DNA from: Chrysomallon squamiferum
Taxonomy: Eukaryota; Animalia; Mollusca
DNA: 64,000 nucleotides
NCBI GenBank assembly: GCA_012295275.1
Contig: CM022677.1
Location: forward strand, 2,728,001 to 2,792,000
Direction of reading: 5' to 3'
In this document: piece by piece, positions 12,286 to 27,900 of the stretch
Layout: each line of letters opens with the position of its first letter
Numbering within the stretch: position 1 is the first letter of the stretch
Program-made: the position numbers and the translations under genes
The notes under the pieces: model-generated
Databases searched by the model: none
What the model was told of the DNA's origin: nothing
Seen by the model: the letters and a program-made list of their open reading frames with translations, nothing else

Positions 12286-15200
12286 GTTATTTGTTTTGTT
12301 TTTGTGTACAGGTATAACAGGAACAGAACATGGTGACAAGGCTTTTTGGTTTAAGTTATTACTGACATTCCATATTGCTTTAACTAGTTTACAAACACGT
12401 TTATACAGCATTGTCATATTACGCTTATTTATTCAGATGCATTATACATAGAATTGTAAGAAAACTGGTTATTTCATATCCTTACAAACGTTACATGTAA
12501 CTTTATATACAAAACCAGTGTAATATTATTTTATATAAACCAGCATGTTATATGGAATGTAGTATTATTTGTTACATGTTGTGTAGTATAGTGGCAGTGA
12601 TACTGTTATATTGTGTAGTTTTTAAACATGAATTGTTTATTAAATGCTATTTATTATTTAATAACAATATAATCTAGTTATTGTTTGGCAGTGTAAGCTT
12701 TTACAAAATGTATTACAGATCTTTACAATATGACAGAATAGTGCATTTTATAAATATTGTTAAAAATTAGACTTTTTTTTTTTTTAATTAATTAATTGCA
12801 GATCATATAAGAAATATTTACATACATGTACCAGAAATGTTTATATTCTCGTAAATGTTGGTTTTTAAATAAATTTTTCCCTGCTGATAATAAAAAAACA
12901 AAAGTTACAAACATATTTATCACTCTTCTAAGTAATATGTACTACAAAATAAAAATATCATGGTGTTATTGTGATTTGTGAAATGTATGTAAATTTGTTT
13001 AATTTTACACAAAATATTATATATAAACTCATGGGCTGTTTTAACTTTTTATTTTTGTGTAGAAAAGTCTTTTTTTTAATGTTTTTATTCTTCAAACATT
13101 AGATAATTTTGTTATTATTATTATAATTATTATATATGTACGTATGTTTGCATGTATGTATTCCTGACATTTATTTTTTATGTAATAAAAACAATTTACA
13201 ATGTTTAGAAATTATTTCTTTTGAAAACCTAAGTGAAAGAATTATTTTGTTTGTCATATTTAGACATAAATTTATTTTTCTATTTTAGAAATGTTTAGAT
13301 TTTGTATGTAACACTTTTTATTCTCATAAAATCTGGTTTCCATTTATTTAATAATCAATACATTTTATATTTATATATTTTGTTGTTGTCCATGTGTCTG
13401 TGTGTTTGTGTGTCTGCAATATGCTTTGTATAAGTTATATTTAATTGCACTTTCTTGTTACAGATGTAGATATACTTAGTTTACCATTTTAATTTATTAT
13501 TTTTTATGAATTTATTTATAATGTAAGAGTTGTTATGACATAATAAAATTTATTTTGTCAACATGTTGTTTGTTTATATATAATTTAATAATAGCCAGTT
13601 TCAGTTAGAAAAAAAAAATAAAATAAAATAAATAAATAAATAAATAAATAAAATAAACAATAAACCTAATAAAAACTAACAAATACAAACAAGTATAAAA
13701 TAGTAATACCTGGCTAACCTAACAAATCCAAACAAGTATAAAATGAACTACAGACATTTCAGAAACAACACAAATACCCAGAATCCTTTGTTTTATATCC
13801 ATATATATATATGTGTGTGTTTGTATATATAAACAGTAATAATAATACTGCTAATAATAATAATTTATAACAAATATTAATTTTTTCTTTTCTTATTCTT
13901 ACTGTTTTATATATTTTTAAATTTCACAGAAATAATAACAAGACTTGTTTTTCAATTTCATGTAAAGTTTTATTTCCAATGTCCAGTGTCTCAGATACAA
14001 ATGATTCTTGTCATCTGTTAATTAATTCTACTTTTCAGATTATTTACTACTCAGTTATGTACATAAAGGTTTCTTGCTTAATATTGTTCAGGGGAAATAA
14101 TCAGCTAATTCACTCTTTAGCTTGGAAGTTACTTTAATGGATATAAGCCAAAATTTCACTTTTCAACTTGAAGGTGCATTGTTTTGCTTTCTTGTTAAAA
14201 CTGTAAAGGGACATAACCAAGTAATTTCACTCTTCAGCTAGAAGGTAAGTTTATCTTTTAACCAAGTTTATGGATAGACATAACCAACATTTTCCAGCTT
14301 TGGTACATTTTGTCTTAAATGAACAATATCAGAAATAACCATGTATATAAATTTTCTGTGTGTAGAATTAATTAATTTATTAACCAAGCAAAACAAGGAA
14401 CTGAAACAGTCATCTATTTATTCAGAAAGCAAATAAAAAAAAGAAAAAAGAAAGTTATAACGAAATAAATAAATAAATCTTAAAAAAATAAAATAAAATA
14501 ACTGATTATATTAATGATATTATTAATAGTATATTCTGTGTAGTGAGTTTCAAAATAATGATTCAGTAAAATCATTTTTCAAGATAAATTCAAAAACAAA
14601 TAAAATAAAATAAAATAAAACTAAAGATACAAACACCAGAGTTCACTGAAGAGGAGATGCAGTGGGGTGGGGGGGTATCCACCCATCTTGACTGATAAAA
14701 CATTACAGAAGTAAAACATCTAAAAACAAATACTTAATAAAAGTTGTTATATAAAATGTATTTTCTCAGGTGCAAAATCGTTAAAAACAGCTGTCAGGTG
14801 AAAATTACATAATGGAATATTTGAAGTTTCATGTTAATTCCAGTCACATTGTAAAACATGAATAAAAAGTAGATAATAGTTTAAAACGATTCATATAAAG
14901 TATACAAAATATATCTAAATAAATTCAGTAATTAAACAGTCTGAAATGGTAAATACTGAGATAGCAAAAATTTGTAAATCTTTAGATGTTTAAAATATTA
15001 TGATTTTGAAAATTCTGTGTTTTAATTAAAAAACAAAATGTATGGTATAAAATGTAAATGGTACAAAACAGCATTTACCATGTTTTAAACTTACTTTTAC
15101 TTCTCTTTGGTGTTAAATAACAGATTTTGACCTGTTTATTATTATTATTATTATTTTAATATTTAATTTTGTTTTTGTAAGTGTTTAAAACAATGAGGCT

Positions 15201-18200
15201 ATGAAAACATGATAGAGACAGGATTGCAGATCTTGGTTTAGTGGTGTTTACTTTATTATCAACAAAGATTAAGCTTTATTAATATCAATTTATAACCAAA
15301 TCCTCATCGTAAACTTGATGATATTATTTATTTAACATTAATGTAAAAATAAATAAATGAAATAATTTGAAATATACAAAATTAATTGCTTATTATCAGG
15401 ATTAACATGATTACACTTCAAGAACAAACAAAACAATGATTTTCAAGCACATAAAATGTTTTTATGCTACTTTTTAACACAATTTCATTAACAGCGAATT
15501 AAAATACCGATTTAGAACTTTACAAAAAAAAGCTTAATATGCTGTCTGAATAGTACCAATACTGGTACATATTAATTTGTATCCGAGTTAGTTTTATATT
15601 TACAATAATAAATATTGTAAACGAACATTATGCTGATTATATTTGAAAATAATTATAAAAACTTAAACGAGACAAGACCAGAAGAAATATTTAACAATAA
15701 TAAAAATGTAAATACAAAGTAATGTAAATACAAAGATTTCTAAAACAAATATATCATAATAATGATGTGCACACAAAAAGCAAAAGCTGCAAATTAAATT
15801 TAATTTCTGTTTGTCACAGGTAGTGTGCCTAAGAACAAAAAAAAAGCCAAAATCATCAGTTCTATTTTCAAAATGAAAACGATAAAATTATTTTATAAAT
15901 TGGACATAAATTTATTAAATTTGAATATTCCATGTTTGTAATGATTTTAAACAGTGCAAATTCAAACAGGTGGATGTAAAACATTAAAATTAAAATAAAT
16001 TTTAAAAACATTGTAATTCAGGGTGTGTACAATAAGATAATTTACAGGTGATGAGAAAAAGAATATATAAAGCATATGTATCTGTTTTTTGTTTTTTTGT
16101 CTTAAACAAATATCTATGATTTTAAACAGATTATATTCATTCATGCTTATTTCAGTTTTTTAATAAAACATAGTGATTTAGTTCTGTCTCATTTGCTAGC
16201 TTGCTTTTTTACTTATTTATTTATTTATTCAGTTGTTTATTTATTCAGTTATTCATTTATTTATTCAGTTATTCATTTATTTATTCATTCAGGTATTTAT
16301 TTATTCAGTTATTTATTTATTTATTTACTCTGAACATTCATCTGATAACATTACAATAACATGTAAAGTTGTAAAAGATCAAACATGAAATGTAAAATTG
16401 ATGTAAAAGGATAAAAACATCAACAAATTTTGTTTACATACATTTATGAAATACAAAAGAAATGCAAAAATCATATAAAATACATATTTACAAAAACAGT
16501 TTTATTTGTTTTAAGAATGTACATATATCATCTTTTTAAAGTAAATGATCCATTCCATATAAGTATACAGCACTTCAAACATTTAACTGTACCTCAATAA
16601 AACTGTTCCTAAATCATTGTAAACTGTAAATAAAACACATCTTTAAACAGTGATAATGTGACTTACATTACATCATCACTGACCCATCCTATCAAACAAT
16701 ATTGGATTTGAAATAAGCTTTTAATTTGTAACAAGATTTATGATTGGTTGATATTTTCTACAGCCAGCCAATTAAATAGTTTTGTAGCCATTTAATAAGG
16801 TGAATATCTTGCAGTATGAAATAAAATATGCTGTATGGAATGGCTCTACAAAAAGATGCACACAAAATTATATCTTTAAAAATTAAACCATCACGTTTAA
16901 GCTTTGATATAAAAATGTTATTAATAAACAACAAAAATCATCTTTCAATTTACAAACATTAAAATTAATATTTTTGATTTATTTTATGTACTACAACCAT
17001 AATATGCTTACAAGTCAACCAAAATAGGTTTACATGTCAACCACATATATAATATAAATACTTATATGTCACTTAGATGGATAATAATTTAGGTATTTTA
17101 TCATGAAAGTGAAAAGGTTACAAAAGAAAAAAGAAAAAAAAAGGAAAGGGAAAAAAAAGAATAAAACAAATGTTTATAGTCTGAATTTTTTTTTACTATA
17201 TTAACGAAATAATATACTTCAATAAATTAGGGAGAAAAAATTAATAAAAATAAATAAATAAATGAATAATTGAATAAATGAATAAATGAATAAATAAATA
17301 TAAATAACTAAATAAAAATAAACCAAATTCCATCAAAATAAATTATTATTTCAAGCGAACAGGAAAGACTAACTTTTTTCTTTTTCTTTCGTATTAATGA
17401 TGTTGTTGTATCAGGCAACATTTAAATATAATAAAAACAATTTAAACGAATAATTAAAAAAAGATTTAAATGAATATTTTTTGGTATTTGTTAATTTAGG
17501 AGGCACACTTGTAATTAGTTTATATTCTTTATTATTATTATTATTATTATTGTTATCTTTGTTGTTGTTACTGTTATTGTTATTATTATTAGTCTGTTAT
17601 TTATTATTATCACAACAACAACCGGGAACTTGTCTTACAGTAGAAAGATAAAATAAATATTTTACATGTCCACTGTGTTAGGTATTTCTTGTTTAATAAT
17701 TTTTTTGAAAATGAACAATATTTTATTACAATTAAACTGTATATAATTTATAAAACAACTGTTTTAACAGATCTCTCATTTTACACAGAAGTATTTTCAT
17801 TTACAGTATAAGGCAAACTGTTTAAATATGAGAGTGATCAAAAGTGAAAATAACAATTAGATAATTACAATTAAAGCAGTTATTTAGTAGCATTAAAAAA
17901 GCTTTTAATTAGAGGAAATCTTAGGACATAGAACTACAAAAGCATGTTTAATATCATTAATATGTGATGAGTAAGCAATATATACAGAAATGTTTATATA
18001 ACAAAGTTTGAAATGGAGGACATGCACTAATTACATTACATTTTCTGTCAGATAAAACAAAGACGTCATCTGCTACCATATCACTCAGTTTACAAATTTT
18101 GGTTAAATTTTGTTTTAGAATTTAAATAATTCCAAATTATGTTGAAAAAAAAAAAAAATAGAGTAAGATTTGACGTCAAATTTTTTATTTTAAAATTAAT

Positions 18201-19420
18201 AACTTAAAAATAGTTTTTAAGATGAAAGAAAATTGTCTCTGTATTTCATCTAAACATCTCTTGTTAACATATTCACCAAATTTTAGTTTTCTAGTTTTAT
18301 CTCCGGCCTGTACTGAATTTACTCTACATTCTAAGGCTCAGCACTTGTATATGTTTACCTACAGTAAAAACAAATTCTTATTATTGATATTATACCCAGT
18401 TATTATCTATATTAAAATGTGAAATATAAATTAAATAAAAATGCTTCTAATTGTAAATAAATTAAAAAGTTAAAAGAAAAAATGAATAGATGTTTTTCAG
18501 AGGTAGACCGTATCAATTGAGTGACTTAATAAAATTAAGTAAAAATAAAATAAAACCAAAAATTCTAAAGAAGTACAAATAGAAGTACTATGTGAATGTG
18601 TTATTAATATTTTTTAATTTTTTTTCTTTTTTCTTTAGAAAGACAGAAAAGAAGACGAATATAAAAACAAACCTAACAAAGGTAAAATAAACATATAACC
18701 TCACATACAATAATATATATTTTTTTTAAATATTGAAAAAGGAAGGAATTTTAAAATTTTTGGTATTTCCAAGTTTTGGAGGCACAACAGCATAAATTTA
18801 CATTATGCAAATAATGTCAGAACAGTTTTACTAATATTCATAAAAATGTGAGCAACATTATTACAATAATTATTGTGAAATATTTTGTAAAATTTAAAAT
18901 TTTTATAAACTCTTAGAGAGAATATCAAATCAGTTTTGAAAATATTTGTTTTATAAAGAAAAATGAAAAACATAATTGCTCTTATTACTATTGTTTAAAT
19001 GGTTTTTCAAGAAATTCAATTTGAAATGTTAATGTACTTGATTTGATGTTTATATATGGGCACAAAGCCATACAAACAATAATGATATTAATAAAAAGAT
19101 AGTAAATATTATTTCTATAAAACAGATAAAAACTGATGAGAAAATTTAATGAATTAACATATATGTATAAATTTTACTCAAAAATATTCACATAAAAGGA
19201 AAGAGTAGAATGTAGTTTATTTTTGTGTAAAATTCTTAAAATCCAAATAGAAAATGAATTTTATTTTTTTTTATTTTTTTTTTAGTAAAACAGCTAAGTC
19301 AATTCAACAACAAAAACAGATAAAATTTTCTGAAAGTTAAATATAATTCTGTTGAAGATTAAAGATGTCTGCCATGTTAAGTTTAGTTGTCTGCCCATCA
19401 TATTGTAGTTGTCTCCCCTG

Positions 19421-19682
19421 TCACACTTCATTGCTCATCTCGCTGGTACTGCTGGTGCTGGACCTGGGGGGGTGCTGACCAGAGGGGCTGACTCCGTGGT
19501 CTGTTTTTGCCTTTGCAGTTTCCTTGAAAGAAAGTTTCTGAGACTCAATCTGAAACATTTAAAAATTTTAAATTTACAATTAAATATTTTAAAATATGAA
19601 GAGAAATGTGCTCAGTATATTTAGCAACAATTATGTAATTTTTAGAATTTTGAGAAACTGCTTCTTCATATTATACTAAATT

Positions 19683-19719
<37 letters not shown>

Positions 19720-20623
19720 CTCAATATTATAGCATATAGGCCAAATCTAAAATATGTTTTATTTAAAAATTTGGTATTTAAAATAATTTTACTTAAAATC
19801 AATATTGCTGAGTACATAAAAAAAAAATAATAATAATAAAATAATAATTTGAAATAAAATAAGTACTTTAATTGTAGACAACATTGAAATACACAAAATG
19901 GAAAAATATTTTAAATTATTGTTTTTATTATTATTACTTTTTCTATTAATTTATTTGATAAACATTAGTGTTGCTAGAACAAACAAGAAATAATTTTAAA
20001 AAGTTAAAAATAACTAATTTAAAAAATTTCTCTACTTTTTCCATCAATATCACAGTAACAAATATGAAATAATAAATTTTTTAAATATTTAGAATTATCA
20101 AGATTTTATGAATATTATGGAATAGAGAATCAATTTTCAATAAATCAAAAATAATAATAAAATATAAAAATAAAAATTATATTTTAAATTTCACAAATAT
20201 ATAAAAATTTAGAAAATATATATTTTAAATCTTTCTTTATAGAAGAAACTCAAATAAGAAATACAAATAATATCACTGTGTCCATTCTTTTCAACTGACC
20301 ACTACCTAAATATCCCAACATCCTTTGCACCAGATGTTTCATGTACATGCAAAGATTAAAGGTATAGAAGGCGGTTTTTAAGTGTAAAAACTTACAAACT
20401 GATTGTCTTTATACAATTTGTAGAATTGCATCTATCAGTTTACTCTTTATTACAACTGAAACCATTATTTTTTTTTAATATTCTAAATTCCAGTCTACTT
20501 ATTAATTTATGAAGAGAAAAACATTTACTAATTTCTTCAGTTTTAATGTTTATATTTTTACCTTTTGCCTCAAAGTACTTTTGAACTAAAGAATTAAGAT
20601 TAGATAATAAGAAAGTAATTTGA

Positions 20624-20656
<33 letters not shown>

Positions 20657-21410
20657 TTTTATATAACTGTAACTAGTGTAAATAAATAAGTAAATACTTT
20701 ATATTATTCACAGATTAAAATCTGCTGTCATCAGAAACACAAAACAAAGATTAAAAATTCAGCAACCCTGATGGACTGTAACTACAAAAACTAAAAAGAC
20801 TGAGCCTTCAGAAAATACAATTACCTTCAGGTTTTGACAGTATCAAAACACAGGTTATTCTAATGACACACAAATACTCATATAAACATAACCACACACA
20901 AAAAACACACAAACATATTCACTGACAAAAAAAAACCTCACATAAATACCACATCAAATCTTACTTACAAGTATGAAACACATTAATTCTACATAAATTA
21001 ATCACGTACAAACATTTTGTATTGAGTGAACTCTAAGAATAGTATGATACGAATGTTTTTAGAATATTTCTTGTCACAAAATCACACACACAACACTGTC
21101 ACACACTAACAGAGCTAATCACACACAAACATATGCATATACTCACACACAATCACACATATACATACACACACACACAATCACACATATATATACATTA
21201 ACACACAAATCATTTCTGTCTTCATTTTGCATTCTTTCTTCTAAGACACTCACAGAGAAAAAAGAACAGTTCACATGTTTATACATAAACATGAAAAAAT
21301 ACAAAAACTTATACCCACATTATACACATACTCATTTATTGAGAAACTAGTCAAAGTGAACTTTATAAATAAATTACATTATACATATGTAAGTCTGTAT
21401 GTGAGTGTGC

Positions 21411-21448
<38 letters not shown>

Positions 21449-21510
21449 TAGGATTTTGACTGTTCTCTGTGAACAAGGTCTAATCATGACCTCACAAACC
21501 TTGACCTATA

Positions 21511-21541
<31 letters not shown>

Positions 21542-21945
21542 TGTATCTGTGTGTGTGTGTGCATTTCTCTGTGTATTTATGTATGTATGTATGTATGTAT
21601 GTGTGTGTATCTGTGTGTGAGTGTATTTCTCTGTGTATTTATGTATGTATGTACGTATGTATGTGTGTGTATCTGTGTGTGAGTGTATTTCTCTGTGTAT
21701 TTATGTATGTATGTATGTATGTGTGTGTGTATCTGTGTGTGAGTGTATTTCTGTGTATTTATGTATGTATGTATGTATGTGTGTGTGTGTGTATCTGTGT
21801 GTGAGTGTATTTCTCTGTATATTCATGTATGTATGTGTGTATCTGTGTGTGTGTGAGTGTATTTCTCTGTGTATCTATGTATGTATGTATGTATCTGTGT
21901 GCGTCTGAGTGTATTTCTCTGTGTATTTATGTATGTATGTGTGTA

Positions 21946-21981
<36 letters not shown>

Positions 21982-24900
21982 TGTATTTCTCTGTGTATTT
22001 ATGTATGTAAAACTACAAATGTAGACATTCTGTTACTGACTATTTTAAACACTAAGCTACTAAAACTTACAGTCACGCATCATGTAGTAATCAGAGTTGT
22101 CAGGTGACAGAGAATTTGATTTGTTCTTACTCGGCAGCGAATCCACTTTTGATTTCACATTCCACTTCACTCTCTTACTCGGAATAACATAGTTACCTCC
22201 CCTTGGAGTGTGGTGGATATTTTCCAGTGAGCCCACTTTGGGCCTCGCCCGCCAGTTTGTTTTGAAGTGCGGGATTTTCACTCGCCCCCCTCTCGGTTGG
22301 TAGGAAATGTTTTGCAAAGAACCGATTTTTGATTTTCCGTCCCAGCTGAGTTTCTCCTGCAGGAAGAGCACGTCCCCGCCCGAGGGGCTGTAGCTGATGT
22401 TGTCAAACGACCCGATTCTTGACTTTGCGTTCCAGCGACACTTGAACGTCGGAATCTTTTTGTTTCCACCCTGAGGAATGTGGTCAATGGCCTCCAGAGA
22501 TCCGACCTTTGACCTGACGTGCTCGAAGTTCTGCTTCCGTTTCACCACAGTGGCGCCCCCTGGTGTGTAATGAACATTGTCGAGCATGCCGATGTTGGCC
22601 GCAGCACCATAACGACTTTTCAGCTTGGGAAACGTCATCGTGGTGGTGTTGTTGCCCTGTTTCAGTGGTTCGCTCTGGCTTCGCCAGTGTTTCACTGGGT
22701 GGTCGATGTTGTCAAACGAACCAATCTTCGAGCTCGCTGTCCACACGACTTTCTCCGAGAATATTCTCTTCTGCCCTCCGCCCGGCTGGTGGTCATAGTT
22801 GTCCAGGGATCCGATCTTCGGACGGGCGTTCCAGGGCAGGGTGCAGCCGGGCAACTCCCTGCTCTGACCGCCTCGCTTGGTCAGCGAACTGACGCATGTA
22901 GAATACTTCCACTGTGGTCTGACTGATCGGAACTTCACCTCCGAGGAGTTTTTCAACTTCATTAGGTTCCACGGAGAATGTTCCTGGGTTACTGGGGCAA
23001 CAGGCTGAAGTTTGCGAGGATATTTCTCGATGACGATGTATTTGCCGTCACTCCGTTTTTTCACTGTGACGTACGGAATAACAAACGGAAGAGGTTTCCC
23101 GTCTGGACTGTGTTTTGAATAATCATATCTGTCCAAGGGACTGAACTTCAGCTGACCTCCAGGATGAGTTGTCCTCCCATAAGGAATTAAGTTTCGATTT
23201 TGCTCAGTTTCTGACATTTTGATGGATGAAGATTTTTATTTTATAAAAATTTTCTTAAAACAAGTTCATTTTTAAAAATACTTTATTTATTACTTTAAAT
23301 ATATATTTTTTTTCTGAAAGAATGGTTTTCTACTTCAATACTGATCAGTCCGTTTAAAAAAAGATTTTTAAAGACAATTTATCTAAAGAAAATTTTAACA
23401 ATTACTATCATTATTAAACTGCAAACAGTACAGACTTTGATTTCAAAAACCTTTTTGTTTCTTTCTTTTCTTAAAAATGTTTCTTGTCTTTCTTTAATCT
23501 TTTTTAGATTTGAAAATATTTAACCAACTGCTAGTTATTAGTTTTGTAAATCACGACATCCATAACAATAAGTTAATTCTCTATATATATATATATAAAA
23601 AAAAAATCGTAGTTTTAATCCAAATTTCTAGAAATAACGTAACCTTTAAAACTTCATCTTTCTAGACACAACATTTCTATGACTGTTACCACATCTAAAA
23701 CTTTGCACCAAATAAAAATAATTCTAATAAAACTAGTTTCTTCCTCAGAATCAGACACACCAGCACAAACACATGTGAATGAAAAAACATGTTATCCTCA
23801 GAATACACATCCTGCTTCTATCTACATGTGTAGATGTACAAATACTGAAAATTGTCAAACTAACAAGATGGTTGTCATGGAGACAAAAAGCAGAAACACC
23901 TGAAAATCAATAAATCTTATCACTAACGTCTCATGTCTTCAGATTATTCTTCAGTGCAGATTGAGAGGAAAGTGTATCTGCTATTTTCAAATAATAATCA
24001 GTCGCAAAGTGAGATGATTTTTAAATGAAAACTAATTGAGAAGTTTGTGTGTTATTTAGAAAGTGAACTTTCGCTGCCATTGAGAAAATAAGTAAATACT
24101 CCAGAAAACAAAGACAGCACTTTATCTGCTACTTAAAAACTCAGAATATTTCTTTCCTGTTTACAAAGTCAGTGCATTTCTTCTTCTTCTGAAAAATCAT
24201 CTTTCTCATTTAGAAACTGTAAACTGTTGTTTGTTTTAAAAGTTGTAAATTCTGTTAATTAGGAAACAACACAGTCCCTTGTTCAGAAAAAATCATCACA
24301 TTCCTCCTCATTTAGAAAATCTGCAAATTCATCATCTTTCCATTGTTCAAAAAAAAAAAAAAATAAATAAAAATAACTCAGTCACCATTCAACTCATTTT
24401 CAAATTCAAATCACCGAAACTAATTTCTTCTGTCACTGACATTTTCCATTTCTCAAGAGACTGTTAAACTTTATATTCACTTTGTGTCTGGATTATCCTG
24501 TTACATGGACAAAGCACAACAGCGGTTTATCAGTTCACTACTCAAATCCTTGTTCCAGGCAATCAATTTTTCCTTTCCTTTATTCACGGCAATCAAAGTA
24601 GAGATAAAGGTGTAGAACTTCATTCATTTCACCTGTAGCGGCTGACGACTCTGTCTCAGGTGTTAAAACACACCTTGACAACATGAGAACTAATGTACGA
24701 ACTGAATACATTTACCTGTACATTTAAGTGGGTGTTTATTTAAGTAAATGTTTATGTCTATATCCATATCTGTGTGTGAATGTGTGTGTGTGTGTGTGTG
24801 TGTATTTATGTGTGTGAGTGTACTTATGTAAATATGTATATATGCATGTTTGTATGTATATATATATATGTGTGTAAGTATGTATAAACATAATACATGT

Positions 24901-27900
24901 ATTTTATATATATATATATATATATGCACACACAAACATATATAGTAAATATATAGTAATGGTACATAAATACACATTTATACATAAATACATACAAAAT
25001 ATGAACACATACATATGCAGGCATAAACACTATAAAATAAACACACACACACACACACACACACAGACTCCTCTATATTTAATAAGTTATATAAAGGAAC
25101 CAATTTGTGAAATAACAAAACTGATTTCTATTTGCCTGCTAGTTCTACTAATAAGAATTTCCTAGGTAAATACTTTTAATGTGAAAACACCACAAATACC
25201 AGCCCTGTTTGTTGTTCTTTTTCTCTCAAACACTAAACCCATTGCTTGAGATCTGAGACTTTTTCCAGCTGGAATGCTAAAGTCACAGTGCTCATATTTA
25301 TTACTTCTTTCAAGTACCCTGAACATGTGAAACGTCATTGATTATGAATAGATTTCTTTTTCTTCCATAAATAAAGATCAGTTATATTTAAATATCATAA
25401 AAGGTGTCGAGTACAGTTGGGTAAGGGAGAATAAGTTGGCTGAAAGGAATCTTGATTTTTGTTTGAGGAAAGTAAATATACAATTTTTGTTTGTGTATGG
25501 TTGTGGTAATAATAATGATAATAATGAAATAAATAACAATAATAATAATAATAGTAAACAATAATGATGATGATGATGATGATAATAATAATAATAATGA
25601 TAATAAAAACAACAATAATAATAAAAAAATAATTGTAACAATGATAATAATAATAACATAAACACAAATACAAATTAAAAAAATAATACTAATATTAATT
25701 ATAATCATAAGCATAATAATAACAATAACAAAAATTAAGTGTCTCTGTTTATGTAAATATTGTATCAAGATACTGAAATGTTTAATGGTGTTTTTAAAAA
25801 CACAAGGATTAGTTTAAACCACTTTTTTTTTATAAGACACACTTAGTCACCATGAGAATTCAAACAGAGAAAAAAAACTTTCTTAAAGATACTGTAACAA
25901 TATATTGTTTTTAATTTTTGTTTTAATATTTGTACATTCATTCTTTATTTACTCTTTCTTTTCATTTGATTTGATATTGATAATTTTAGCATTATTATTT
26001 TTAGTTATTACTGTTGTTATTTTATTAATATTATTTATTTATTATTATTATTAATATTATAGAAGTCTACAGTTCATGCTTAGATATTTGTTTTAATAGT
26101 GAAACAATGTTTAATAAAATAAACTGCCTTAATAATTTTTTATTTAAATTGTTGTCTACTTATATTATTAATTTTACTGTTAATGTACTTATTTTTTAAC
26201 ATTTTTAATCATTTGTTATTCTGATATTTTAAAATTTCAACACAATTTCAAATACTATAAAGAACAATTAAATAATAATAAGAATAATAAGAAGAAGAAG
26301 ATGAAGAAGAAATATTAAAAACAATTGATACAACTTTGGAAAAAATTACGAAGAAAAGTTTTGTTTTGTTGTTTATTTTTACATATATTAATAAAAAAAA
26401 AAAAAAATGCTTTATTTTAAAAAATATTTTACTTCTACAATATCACAGTTTAAAACTTCCCAAAGCATAAGAAATTGCAAAATCACACAGTCACAATAAC
26501 TTGTAAAAATATTTCAAATCTTCATACCTTAGCACTAACATATAATCACAGTTCAAACAAAAATCTCTCTTGTCACTGTTATCAAAACTTCACAAACAAA
26601 CTAAAACAACCACCATATCAAAAACAATCTACTTGTTACTACTTTAAAAACATAAACATTTGAAATATTCCAGGTGTCACTACATGTCACGTTTGAAAAA
26701 TAAATCACATGTCACTATTAATACAACATCAAATTTGAAAAAAGTTTAACAAAATCATATTCAAAAAAACCAAAAAAACCAACATGAATTGTTATTATTA
26801 TTCTAATCTCCCATTTCAAAAATATCTCATATGACATTTTAAAATATTCAACTTGTCTAATAATCAAAACACTAATACATTTAAACTTGTCACTATCACA
26901 CTATAAAAACATCTCTCCAAAATCACAATATCACAAAATTTCAAAAAATCACAACACCTGATTACCTTTCTGTTCCCCCCCTGGGGCTCATGGTGGACAT
27001 TGTCTAACGACCCCACCTTACTATCCACCTTCCATTCAACTTTATGCTTTTCAATCTTTGCAGAAAAACAAAAAATTAAATTGAAAATTAAATCTACTTT
27101 TTATTTCAAACCACAGGACCACTGTATTTATTTATTTATTTGTTGTTGTTGATTTGTTTTTTTTAAATTTTATTAACAGATATCCCAAAAAAAAAATTAC
27201 ATTGAAAATTAAATTTACTGTGTAATTCTAAACATTGACCATTGTATTTATTTATTTACTTATTTTTATTTTATAATCTTATTAAAAGACAAAAAAAAAA
27301 AATATATATATATATATATTGATTCTATAATTATAAGCATTGGCCATTTATTTATTTATTTACTTTTTTTATTTTTTTAGTAAAATGAAAATTAAGATTA
27401 GTTTAATTCTAAACTCTGGTCTTTGAATTTATTTATTTATTTAAATTGACAGTTGTAGAATAACAAATAATCAGAAAATTAAATCTAGATTTAATTTGAT
27501 ACATGAACCATTGTAATTATTATTTTTTTTTTTCCCCATTATTAGCCACATTGTTGCATATTCAGTTTCCAAATTATAATGTAGAGGCATACCACATGCA
27601 TACAGATAAAATAAAATAAAAATATACATACATACATACATATATATATATTTTGTATTCTTTTCTTTTCTTTTAACAAGAGGAAAGGAAAATCATTTTA
27701 TGTTCATAATGGCTACAACATTTTAAAAATACTTATTGCCTTACTTTATTATTAGTAAAGGTTGGTATGGCAACTAAACAATAAAGTAGAAGCATTCAGT
27801 ATAAGAAGGCTGTTTTTTTTATAGGTACACAGAAAAGATGATGTAAACAGAGAAATGATTAAACTGAAAGATGTGTACACTGAATGAGAAAGAAATGTTT

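Noticed and set aside
22278-22926. Overlapping ORFs 22278-22487, 22519-22926 and 22563-22892
   Set aside because: Shadow frames of the GC-rich 385-aa tau-like ORF.
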